A DNA stretch of 21,970 nucleotides from the sequence record NZ_CP014059.2. The stretch is one strand, 5' to 3'. The position numbers were made by a program, and so were the translations under genes. Positions 1 to 7,280 of this stretch are shown piece after piece. Position 1 is the stretch's first letter. The number at the start of each line of letters is the position of its first letter. This DNA comes from a plasmid. The notes under the pieces were generated by a model, which was given only the letters and a program-made list of their open reading frames with translations, ran no database searches and was not told the DNA's origin.

Positions 1-912
1 GCTCGCCGCGCCCATAGCCGCACCGATGGCAGCGCCCGCGCCGAAATTACCGATGCCGCCAGCGTTCCCCACGCCCGTACCGGAAATGACGCCCGCGACC
101 AGCGGCGGCACGCGATTGACCAGCATGAGCAACGCCACGCAGAAAACCAGCATCACGCCCAGCTCTTCAAAGTTCAGCGTGCCGGTGTTCATCCTGGCGT
201 AGAAGCTGGAAAGCAGGTCGTTCCCGATGCCGACCAGGAGCACCATCGTCATGATCTGCACGGCCACGCCCAGCACAGTCTTGTAGTAGTTGATCGCCAT
301 GTCGGACGTCCAACGGCTTCCACCGAAGCCGAGGAAGAAGATGCCGGCGTACATCAGCAGCCAGCCCGAGACGAGCAGCAACAGCATGTTTATGGCAACG
401 ACAGCCAGCAGGATCAGGATGCCGAGGCTCAAGGCCACGCCGATGAAGCTATCCACGGGAGACCAGATCGACGAGTTGCTGAATGCCTGCTTCAAGATCA
501 TGAAGCCGATATCCACGATGCCCGAGGGTGTCACCGATGCCACCCCGGACGCCTGCTCACCGATCCGGGCCAATGACTGGATGATCGAGTTGGCGAAGGC
601 CGGGCCGTTGCGCAGCAGCCAGAGGAAGAAGCCAAAGAACAGGATGAAGCGGATGAACTCGGCGAAGAACTCGCCAATGTCGGCCTTGCGCAGCGCCATG
701 AAGCCGAACGTGAAAACCAGCGAGATCGTGCCCAGCGTCCAGAACAGGAACATCGCGGCATTCATCACCACCGTCTGCCAGGACGTGGCCCGCGTGGCGA
801 ACTCCGTCACCACCTGGTCAAGCATCCCTTGATTGGTGAGCTGGGCCGATGCGGCGGTGGAGTAAAGCGCGAGCGTGACGCCGATCAGCGCCGCCTTGTG
901 CAGTGCTTTCAT
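1..912 (-). CDS. trbL: TrbL (VirB6-like mating-pair-formation protein), N-terminal 304 codons; the ORF runs off the left edge of the window
   Basis: Minus-strand ORF starts with ATG at 912-910, overlapping the trbK stop (ATGA). The product is hydrophobic and multi-TM, MKALHKAALIGVTLALYSTAASAQ..., in the trbJ-trbK-trbL order typical of IncP-1 Tra2. Codon phase reaches position 1 exactly (..GAAS). Confidence 0.85.
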   Translation of the reverse strand, partial: MKALHKAALIGVTLALYSTAASAQLTNQGMLDQVVTEFATRATSWQTVVMNAAMFLFWTLGTISLVFTFGFMALRKADIGEFFAEFIRFILFFGFFLWLLRNGPAFANSIIQSLARIGEQASGVASVTPSGIVDIGFMILKQAFSNSSIWSPVDSFIGVALSLGILILLAVVAINMLLLLVSGWLLMYAGIFFLGFGGSRWTSDMAINYYKTVLGVAVQIMTMVLLVGIGNDLLSSFYARMNTGTLNFEELGVMLVFCVALLMLVNRVPPLVAGVISGTGVGNAGGIGNFGAGAAIGAAMGAAS

Positions 913-1175
913 GGCTTCGCCTCCTGGTCTTTCGGGTCGGCCAGTTCGAGCCAGTTCATGGGCTTCTCGGTCGGCGCGATGCCGCCGGCGGCCGGCGACC
1001 GACGCGAGCACAGCCCGGCGAATTTCTCGCGCGTACCCCTGTCCTCGATCTTCTTGATCGCCTCGATCTGGCAATTGGTGTCATTGACCTCGGGCATGGG
1101 CGGAATGGCCGGCTTGTTGTCGCAGCCAGCCACCAGCACCACCACGAGGCCGGCAAGCAGCATCGTTTTCTTCAT
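909..1175 (-). CDS. trbK: TrbK-like entry-exclusion lipoprotein (88 aa)
   Basis: Small ORF between trbJ and trbL. It has a signal peptide with lipobox LVAGC. A GGAGG Shine-Dalgarno lies upstream. Position and size match IncP-1 TrbK. Confidence 0.7.
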   Translation of the reverse strand: MKKTMLLAGLVVVLVAGCDNKPAIPPMPEVNDTNCQIEAIKKIEDRGTREKFAGLCSRRSPAAGGIAPTEKPMNWLELADPKDQEAKP

Positions 1176-1190
1176 GGTGCAGGGCCTCCG

Positions 1191-1976
1191 TCAGCGGGTC
1201 AGTTCGAGCCAGTTCTTCGGGCTCGCCGTGCGCTCGATCCTGGATTCCCTGGAAGTCGCGCCGGCGGCCTGCTGTTGCGCCTCAAGGTCGGCCTGCGCCT
1301 GCATCCTGGCGGTCGCGGCGTTCTGCTGCGCGATCAGCAGGCCGCGAATCTGCAAGAGCTGGTTCGCCTGGTTGGCGGCGAGCTGGTTGGCGAAGCCGAT
1401 GGCCTGCATCTGCCCGGTCGCACCCTGCGCGGCCGACTGGAGCCGTTCGAGCTGGCGAGCGTCGGCGGTAAGGTTGCGCTGCTGTTGCTCCAGACCCTTG
1501 AAAAGCGCGTCGTTCGCCTTCTTCTGGCTCTCGCTCGCCAGGCGGCGGTTCTCTTCCATCGCGGCGCGCTCTGCATCCGAGCAACCGGCGGCCGAGAAGC
1601 ACGGCGAGCCACGGTAATAGGCCACGTCCTGGAACTTGCCCAGGTAGCTGTCGAGACTGCCGAGCTGGTTCCGGTAGTAGTCCAGCGTGTTGACGGCATT
1701 CATCAGCCCGTTGATCGTGGACTGCGCCTGATCCCAGATGTAGGCCGCCGGGGCCATCGTGTTTTGCAGCATGTTCTCGTACTGCTGCAATTGGGTCTGG
1801 TACTGCTCGATCTGCTTGAGCGTCTGCGCCACCGACTCGATGGCCGTCATGACGTTCTGCACCAGGTTGCCGCCGTCGATGACGGGAATGCCGGCCTGCG
1901 CCGGGGTAATGATGATGCTGCCGGCCAGGGCAGCGGCGAGCGCGGTTTTAGCCGCTAAAAGGCGGACGTGTTTCAT
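1191..1976 (-). CDS. trbJ: TrbJ (VirB5-like minor pilus/Mpf protein, 261 aa)
   Basis: Signal peptide followed by a Q-rich coiled-coil region (QLQQYENMLQNT). Gene order is as in IncP-1. A GAGG Shine-Dalgarno lies upstream of the ATG at 1976. Confidence 0.85.
   Translation of the reverse strand: MKHVRLLAAKTALAAALAGSIIITPAQAGIPVIDGGNLVQNVMTAIESVAQTLKQIEQYQTQLQQYENMLQNTMAPAAYIWDQAQSTINGLMNAVNTLDYYRNQLGSLDSYLGKFQDVAYYRGSPCFSAAGCSDAERAAMEENRRLASESQKKANDALFKGLEQQQRNLTADARQLERLQSAAQGATGQMQAIGFANQLAANQANQLLQIRGLLIAQQNAATARMQAQADLEAQQQAAGATSRESRIERTASPKNWLELTR
1947..1959. promoter_or_regulatory. KorB operator (OB) consensus TTTAGCCGCTAAA, inside trbJ codons 6-10
   Basis: Exact match to the IncP-1 OB palindrome TTTAGC(G/C)GCTAAA. 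Confidence 0.8.
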
Positions 1977-2152
1977 GGTCGAGTACCTCGATGTGATGAG
2001 CGGCTAATCTGCCCCACGACCTACCGACAAGGCTGGTCATGGGGTTGGGCCATCACGAGACAGTTCGCCACGAAAAGACTGTCAAGGTACCCGCCCAGGA
2101 CGACACCGTCGCGTCCGGGCTTACGTTTTTGTTGAACATCGGTGTAAGCTAA

Positions 2153-2180
2153 CTAGCTGCTATATAGCTTCTAGCTGCTA
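2153..2180. promoter_or_regulatory. Two direct copies of CTAGCTGCTA (2153-2162 and 2171-2180) upstream of trbJ; putative operator
   Basis: The same 10-11-bp motif recurs at 9141-9172 and 10131-10141 in other promoter regions. Confidence 0.5.
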
Positions 2181-2218
2181 ATTCGGATGCTAATCGAACA
2201 TCCGAGAATTCGCAAGCG

Positions 2219-4048
2219 TCATCGCCCGCGCTTCTTGCCCTCCTGGCGTTTCGCCTTCTTGGCTTCCATCTGCGCCCGTAGCCGCGTCTCGCGCTGTTCC
2301 AGCTCGGACGGCGCGGGCCTGGCCGGCTGCTGAACTTTGGCCGGCGGCGGTGTCGGGGTGGCCTGGGTCGGCGCTTGTACCGGCCGCTGGGCTTCGCCCT
2401 CGATGTGCAGCCCGTCGAGCTGGCCCAACGTGCGCAGGCCGTGCCGGCGATGTGGCGGCGGCTCCTGGCCGACAGGGGGCACACCTGGCCGGCGCTTGGC
2501 CTGGGCCTTGGTGGCCTCGGCCTGCCGCCGGCTTTCCAGTGCCGGATCGGCGAAGGTGATGGGGAGCTGGGCATCGACGGCCGCCCGGATCACGGCGGCC
2601 TTGAACTCCACGCTGCCGCTGACAGTGATGCGCTCGCCGTAGCGTTCCATTGCCAGGCGCAGCGCCGCCGCCACGCCGGCGCGGTCGGCCTGGCTGGACA
2701 CGGCCAGGCGCTCGCCGTCATCGCGCACGGCCGAGCTGCCGGCGCGGTAGATGATCGTGCCCTTCTTCGTGATGCTGTCGATCACCGGGGCATGGCCGGG
2801 CTTCGCCTGGCCGTCGCCCTGGATGGTGTCGCCCTTGAGGCCCTGGGCCGCCTCGCGGGCGCGCAGCGCATCGAGCGCCTGGCCGTCGCCGGCCGTTGCC
2901 TGCTGCTTGAGCCAGTCGGCCCACGGCCGCCGGCGGTGCTCGTTGTAGATCGCCGCCCGCTCCTGGTCGTGGCGCTTGTGGATCGCCTCCAGGTCGGCCC
3001 GCAGAGCGGCGCTGGCCTGGGCATACAGCAGCTTCTTGGTCAGCCGGCCATCGGTCAGGTGCTTGATGGCCGCCCGCCGGGTGGCCGCCGCCTTCTTGGC
3101 GTGCTCGATGGCCCGATCCTTCCGGCGCTTCGCCTCGGCCAGCACGCCGGCCCTGGCGGCTGTGAGGGTCTGCTGTGCGCCCTTGTACCGGGCGTAAAGC
3201 TCGGTCGTATCCAGGCCGCCGCGCAGACGCATCGGCCGGCCCTTCTGGTAGTTGCGCCGTGCCGGCGCGGCCTGGCGCTCGGGCGACGCCTCGAACGTGC
3301 CAAGCCGCTTTTCCAGGGCGGGCTTGGACAGGTCGCGGGCCAAGGTGCTGGCCTTGATGATCGTGCCGTCGCCGGCCTCGATGACCAGGCCGTTACCGCG
3401 TGCGCGCAGCGCCAGGCCGTTGTCGCGCATGACCTGGTGCAGCTCGGCCCAGCTTGCCGCGTCCTTGATCTCGTCCAGGCACTCGCGCTTGATCCAGCCG
3501 ACCAGGCTTTCCACGCCGGCGTGCTGCTCCAGGTCGCCAGCCCTGGCGGCCGCGCCGCGCTGGCGTGGTTCGTGGTTGTCGCGTTCCAGGCCGTAGTCGC
3601 GTTCCAGGGTCGTGCAGAGGTCGGCCAGCGCCCGATGCGAGTAGTACGGCTCCTGCATCGTGCCCCTGGTCGGGTGAATCTTGTTGATGGCGATGTGGAT
3701 GTGCAGGTTGTCGGTGTCGTTATGCACGGCGCTGACGCGCTGATGCTCGCCCAGGCCCAGCCCGTCGCAGATGCGGGCCTCGATCTGCCGCAGGGTGTCG
3801 GCGCTCGGCTGCTCGCCGGCGCGAAAGCTGACGATCAGGTGATAGGTCTTGTCGCCCTTGGCCCGCGTGTTGGCCTGCTGGGTTGCCAGTACCTCGGTGA
3901 TTGCATCGCGCACGGTGTCGGCGGCGCAGTTCGTGACCTGCACCTGGCCCAGCCGGTGGTCTTTGCTCTGCGCGTCGGTGACGTAGCGCACCAGGCCGGC
4001 GAAGTCGGACTTGCCCAGCGAGCGCATGGGCACGTGCTTGGCGATCAC
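2219..4048 (-). CDS. traI: TraI relaxase, MOBP / IncP type (609 aa)
   Basis: N-terminus MIAKHVPMRSLGKSDFAGLVRYVTD is near-identical to RP4 TraI, with the catalytic Tyr at position 22. The His motif HNDTDNLHIHIAIN is present. The start overlaps the traJ stop. Confidence 0.93.
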   Translation of the reverse strand: MIAKHVPMRSLGKSDFAGLVRYVTDAQSKDHRLGQVQVTNCAADTVRDAITEVLATQQANTRAKGDKTYHLIVSFRAGEQPSADTLRQIEARICDGLGLGEHQRVSAVHNDTDNLHIHIAINKIHPTRGTMQEPYYSHRALADLCTTLERDYGLERDNHEPRQRGAAARAGDLEQHAGVESLVGWIKRECLDEIKDAASWAELHQVMRDNGLALRARGNGLVIEAGDGTIIKASTLARDLSKPALEKRLGTFEASPERQAAPARRNYQKGRPMRLRGGLDTTELYARYKGAQQTLTAARAGVLAEAKRRKDRAIEHAKKAAATRRAAIKHLTDGRLTKKLLYAQASAALRADLEAIHKRHDQERAAIYNEHRRRPWADWLKQQATAGDGQALDALRAREAAQGLKGDTIQGDGQAKPGHAPVIDSITKKGTIIYRAGSSAVRDDGERLAVSSQADRAGVAAALRLAMERYGERITVSGSVEFKAAVIRAAVDAQLPITFADPALESRRQAEATKAQAKRRPGVPPVGQEPPPHRRHGLRTLGQLDGLHIEGEAQRPVQAPTQATPTPPPAKVQQPARPAPSELEQRETRLRAQMEAKKAKRQEGKKRGR

Positions 4049-4422
4049 GATTGCCCGCCTCGCGGCCGCACCACGCTTTCCGCGATGGTGCTGATCTTGT
4101 CCTGGGTCGCCTCGATCCGGGCCAGCAGCGCCCGGATGGTGTCATCGCCGAAGCGGGCCGTGCGCGGGTCGTCGGTCAGCCAGAGCTTGAGCAAGCCGCC
4201 CAGCCGCCCGAGGTCGCCATTCACGCGCACCAGGTCGCGCACGTTCTCGAAGTCGGTCACGCCTTTGACCTGGTAGCCCTGACCGACCGCCAGCAGGTAG
4301 GCGGACGTGCTCATGCCGGCGGCCTGGGCGTTGGCCTCGATGGCGGCCCGTTCGTCCGGCAGGCAATAGACCTTGATGGGCGTGCTGCCCTTCCTCGTTA
4401 CCTTGTTCTCGTTGGCCTCCAT
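4045..4422 (-). CDS. traJ: TraJ oriT-binding relaxosome protein (125 aa)
   Basis: The segment IKVYCLPDERAAIE...GMSTSAYLLAVGQGY...INGDLGRLGGLLKLWLTDDPRTARFGD is almost identical to RP4 TraJ. Confidence 0.92.
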   Translation of the reverse strand: MEANENKVTRKGSTPIKVYCLPDERAAIEANAQAAGMSTSAYLLAVGQGYQVKGVTDFENVRDLVRVNGDLGRLGGLLKLWLTDDPRTARFGDDTIRALLARIEATQDKISTIAESVVRPRGGQS

Positions 4423-4508
4423 CTTGGCGTCCTCTGTCGTTGCCGGCGGCCGCCGGCTGGCCCCGCAGGGCAGGATGCCCCGTTGAGCGCCGCAGGCGCG
4501 AATAAGGG

Positions 4509-4568
4509 GAAGTGAAGAGGATCACCATGCTTGCATGGTGGGCCTACTTCACACATCCTGCCCTCTAT
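4509..4568 (+). other. oriT core: imperfect inverted repeat 4511-4552 and nic region CTTCACacATCCTG|CCC, with the nick predicted between 4560 and 4561 on the + strand
   Basis: The RP4 nic region is CTTCACCTATCCTG|CCCGG. The neighbouring AATAAGGGgAaGTGAAGA and GGTGGGCCTACTTCAC are also conserved. It lies between divergent traJ and traK, as in IncP-1. Confidence 0.9.
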
Positions 4569-4777
4569 TCAGCGTTGCATTCAATAAGGAAACTATACAC
4601 GCGCCATTGTGGATTTGCATGGTATCTAGCAAGGAAACCTAGCGCCTATGGATGCAACACGGCAAAATGCAGGGAAATCCGCTTGCTCGCAGGACTTAAC
4701 ACGCTGTTTCAGCGCACATTCCATGTGCTTTCCACTAGCTTTACACACATGAACCCGCGCGCATTACATAAACAGGA

Positions 4778-5206
4778 ATGAAGCCGATGGGAACCCGATA
4801 CACCGATGAACTTGCCGCCTGGGCCGATCAGAAGGCCGAGAAGAAGCGCCGCCAGGACGCGGCGGCAGTAGCGTTTCTGGCGGTGCGCGGGGATGTGGTC
4901 GAGGCAATGGAAGCCGGCTACGCGCTGACGACGATCTACGATCACATGCACGAAACCGGCCGGGTGAAAACCAGCTATGAGACGTTCCGCCGGCACGTCC
5001 AGCGGTTCATCAAGGCAGCGCCGGCCGACACCGCGCCGCCGACACCGAAGGCCGCCACCAGGTCGGCCAGCAACTCGCCGACCACCGTTCCAGCCGTCAC
5101 GCCAAAGCCGGCCGTATCAGCTCCGGCCAGCCCTGCCAGCGAGCAAGCCGGGAAGATTCCCAGCTTCAATTTCAACCCGACGCCGAACAAAGAGGACTTG
5201 CTGTAA
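4778..5206 (+). CDS. traK: TraK oriT-binding/bending protein (142 aa)
   Basis: YTDELAAWADQKAEKKRRQDAAAVAFLAVRGDV...SYETFRRHVQRFIKA...FNFNPTPNKEDLL matches RP4 TraK. Confidence 0.9.
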   Translation: MKPMGTRYTDELAAWADQKAEKKRRQDAAAVAFLAVRGDVVEAMEAGYALTTIYDHMHETGRVKTSYETFRRHVQRFIKAAPADTAPPTPKAATRSASNSPTTVPAVTPKPAVSAPASPASEQAGKIPSFNFNPTPNKEDLL

Positions 5207-5240
5207 GCCGCCCCTGATGGGGGGATGAACACCAAGGGAA

Positions 5241-5414
5241 GACAGTCGGCCGGCCCCTCAAGTGTCAATAACCCCATGACGTGAAATCGCCCCCCCCCCT
5301 GCGCCGCCCACCGGCCAACAGATCAGGACGGCCAAACCTGGCCGCTAGGGGCAGGCCCGCGCCCCTCAAATGTCAATATCCGGGCCTCCCCCGAGTTCGT
5401 GAAATCGCCCCCCC
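5241..5414. repeat. Two imperfect direct-repeat units of about 60 bp, each made of a TrfA-type iteron (5253-5267 GCCCCTCAAGTGTCA; 5361-5375 GCCCCTCAAATGTCA) plus CGTGAAATCG and a C tract (C10 at 5290-5299; C7 at 5407-5413)
   Basis: The iterons are the reverse complement of the IncP-1 oriV iteron consensus TGACA(C/G)TTGAGGGGC. No trfA gene is present in the window. Confidence 0.75.
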
Positions 5415-5425
5415 TGGTGGGCCGG

Positions 5426-6346
5426 TCACTCGCCGCCTGGCTTCTTCCTGGTCGCAGGCTTCGCCTCGGCCGCCGGCGGCGTGATACGGGCCAGCAGCGC
5501 GGCAGATTGCTCCTTGAGCGTGTCGAGTTGCCCCGCCATGCGGGCAGCTTCCTCACGAGCCTGCGCGGTGGCCTTCGCGGCCTGATCGCGCTCGGCCTGC
5601 GCTGCCGTCAAGCGTTCTGCCATACGCTGCGCCTCGACCGCTGCGGCCTTCCGCTGCTCCTGGTGCGCTTCGCGCTCGGCATCGGCCTTGGCGCGGACGG
5701 TCGCCAGTTCCTCGCGCACCTGGTCAAGTTGAGCGGCGACAGCCTGGCCGGCTTTCTGCTGGTCGGCCAGCGCCCGGCGTGCTTGGTCTGCGTCCTCGTG
5801 GGCGCGGTCAAGTTCGGTGCGCAGCTCGCCGGCCCTGGCCTCGGCCGTGGCGGCCCGCTCACTGGCCGCTGCCAGCTCTTGGCGAACGGCGGTGAGTTCC
5901 TGGGCCAACTTTTCGGCGGCGGCCTTCTCAGCGGTCAGCTCGGCCGTGGTCGCCTCCAGCTCGCCGGCCTGGCGCTCGAAAGCCTCGGCCAGCTCCTGCC
6001 GCATCGCGTCCAGCTCGGCCCGCTCTGTTTCCCATGCGGCCTGTGCGCTGCGCAGGGATTCGTTCGCCAGCTCCTGGGCCTGCTGCCAGATCGTCGCCAC
6101 GGCGGCGCTGCTGGCCTGCTGCACGACCTCCGGCACCGCCACGGCCACCGGGGCGGCCTGGGCAGTCTGCGCCCTGCGCCATTCCTTCATCACGGCGCTG
6201 GCTGCGTTCATATCTACGCGGGCGGCCCGGCGCACCGCATCGACCGTGGGCATCGTCTCGCGGCCCGACTGCTCGAAAAGATCAGTGGCGGCGGCAATGA
6301 TGCGCTCGCGCACGTCGGCGGGGATTTGGGGGGCTTGCGGTGTCAT
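5426..6346 (-). CDS. kfrA: KfrA-like alanine-rich coiled-coil DNA-binding protein (about 306 aa from the ATG at 6346)
   Basis: Long Ala/Glu/Gln/Arg-rich coiled coil. The N-terminal wHTH-like segment is VDAVRRAARVDMNAASAVMKEWRR. It is convergent with traK, as in IncP-1. An autoregulatory palindrome lies upstream. Confidence 0.8.
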   Translation of the reverse strand: MTPQAPQIPADVRERIIAAATDLFEQSGRETMPTVDAVRRAARVDMNAASAVMKEWRRAQTAQAAPVAVAVPEVVQQASSAAVATIWQQAQELANESLRSAQAAWETERAELDAMRQELAEAFERQAGELEATTAELTAEKAAAEKLAQELTAVRQELAAASERAATAEARAGELRTELDRAHEDADQARRALADQQKAGQAVAAQLDQVREELATVRAKADAEREAHQEQRKAAAVEAQRMAERLTAAQAERDQAAKATAQAREEAARMAGQLDTLKEQSAALLARITPPAAEAKPATRKKPGGE

Positions 6347-6368
6347 GGCATCGGCTCCGGTGGATAAG

Positions 6369-6399
6369 ATAAGAAGAATAATATTATTATTCTTCTTAT
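6369..6399. promoter_or_regulatory. Perfect 31-bp palindrome ATAAGAAGAATAATA-T-TATTATTCTTCTTAT in a nearly 100% A+T island; putative KfrA operator / kfrA promoter
   Basis: The 15-1-15 palindrome lies 23-53 bp upstream of the kfrA ATG. GATAA repeats and a GGTGGATAA DnaA-box-like motif (6359-6367) flank it. Confidence 0.7.
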
Positions 6400-6624
6400 T
6401 ATGCAAGCCATTATTTTCCGCATGGCCTGGATCAGCCCGGCCGGGAGCGCGTCGGGGGTCGAAATTCGGGCCTGGGCGGGCCGTGGCGGCGTTTTCCAGG
6501 GTTGGCGGCACTATCCCCTACCCTCGCCCGGTTTCGGGCGTCCTGGGCGTTTCTACGCGGCCGATCTCCGGCGCAAACGAAAAAAGCCAGACCACGGCCG
6601 GCCTGGCTTCCCCTTGGCGTCAGA

Positions 6625-6637
6625 TTTAGCGGCTAAA
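6625..6637. promoter_or_regulatory. KorB operator (OB) TTTAGCGGCTAAA
   Basis: Exact OB consensus. It lies about 280 bp upstream of the kfrA start and immediately 3' of the small gene 6640..6948. Confidence 0.8.
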
Positions 6638-6639
6638 AA

Positions 6640-6948
6640 TTAGGTCGCGGCCTGTAGGCGCTTCACGGCTGAAACGAAGTCCAGGCGCAGCAGGTGCATG
6701 GCAAGGTCGATGGCACCACCGCCGCCCTTCTCTGCGCGGGTGTCGTACCACTTCGGCCCGGTCGCCAGCAGCTCCACGCCACCGCCACCCAGCGCGACAT
6801 TCACCCGCACCGTGGCCTTGTCCTTGATCGGTTTGAAATCCGGGTCGTACTTCCAGTAGAGGCCCAAGAGATCGAGCGTGGCCGTTACCTGCATCGCGTG
6901 CAGGCGTGCCAACAACTCCGGCGGGAAAGCTCGCCGGGCGCGGCTCAT
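6640..6948 (-). CDS. Small protein (102 aa from the ATG at 6948) with a degenerate, cysteine-less CHC2 primase zinc-finger-like segment
   Basis: High GC3 real-gene codon usage. KWYDTRAEKGGGGAIDLAMHLLRLDFVSAV resembles the zf-CHC2 tail CFGCGagGDvIDFvm but lacks the cysteines. It is adjacent to the PrimPol rep gene. Confidence 0.45.
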   Translation of the reverse strand: MSRARRAFPPELLARLHAMQVTATLDLLGLYWKYDPDFKPIKDKATVRVNVALGGGGVELLATGPKWYDTRAEKGGGGAIDLAMHLLRLDFVSAVKRLQAAT

Positions 6949-6949
6949 G

Positions 6950-7280
6950 ACAACACCCCGGCGAGCTGGACGAGGGAGCCGCCCTTCGGGCGGCGGGCTA
7001 CTCCGGGCCTTCGGCCCCTCCGCGCCGTTCCGGCGCTGCGCGGCCCGTGGATAACTTGCAAGCAAGTTACCCACCGCCCTTGCCGGCTACTCGCGTTATA
7101 TAAACGCAGGGGGCTACTCCGGCCTACGGCCGAGGCGGACAAGCCGCTAGGCTTCGCCATTAGTAATACGGACGGACTTGTCTCAAGCATTGTGGCCGCC
7201 CTCGTCACTTCCGGCGATGCTGGCCAGGTCGGCCGCCTGGGCCTGTAATACGGATGGACTTGTCTCACTCGCCGGCGCGG
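6950..7280. other. Candidate vegetative origin (oriV) / rep-proximal repeat region
   Basis: It contains a UUCG-loop hairpin at 6978-6994. It has a 21-22-bp direct repeat GGGCTACTCCGG(G)CCT(T/A)CGGCC at 6995-7016 and 7111-7131. A DnaA-box-like cGTGGATAA sits at 7046-7054, next to the palindrome TAACTTGCAAGCAAGTTA at 7052-7069. An A+T palindrome GCGTTATATAAACGC is at 7093-7107. A 23-bp direct repeat GTAATACGGA(C/T)GGACTTGTCTCA at 7163-7185 and 7245-7267 overlaps the 3' end of rep. Confidence 0.4.

Noticed and set aside
290-832. 180-aa plus-strand ORF
   Set aside because: Antisense to trbL, which has a clear homologous membrane-protein reading frame on the minus strand. This is a GC-rich shadow ORF.
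903-1958. 351-aa plus-strand ORF spanning trbK/trbJ
   Set aside because: Antisense to two well-supported genes, with Arg/Gly/Leu-rich composition typical of high-GC spurious frames.
2375-4276. 633-aa plus-strand ORF
   Set aside because: Antisense to traI/traJ, whose products match RP4 proteins almost residue for residue.
4512-4781. 89-aa ORF in the oriT-traK leader
   Set aside because: Lies in the conserved oriT/TraK-binding non-coding region. No Shine-Dalgarno and odd composition.
5399-6367. 322-aa plus-strand ORF and other ORFs overlapping kfrA
   Set aside because: Antisense or alternate-frame shadows of the kfrA coiled-coil gene.
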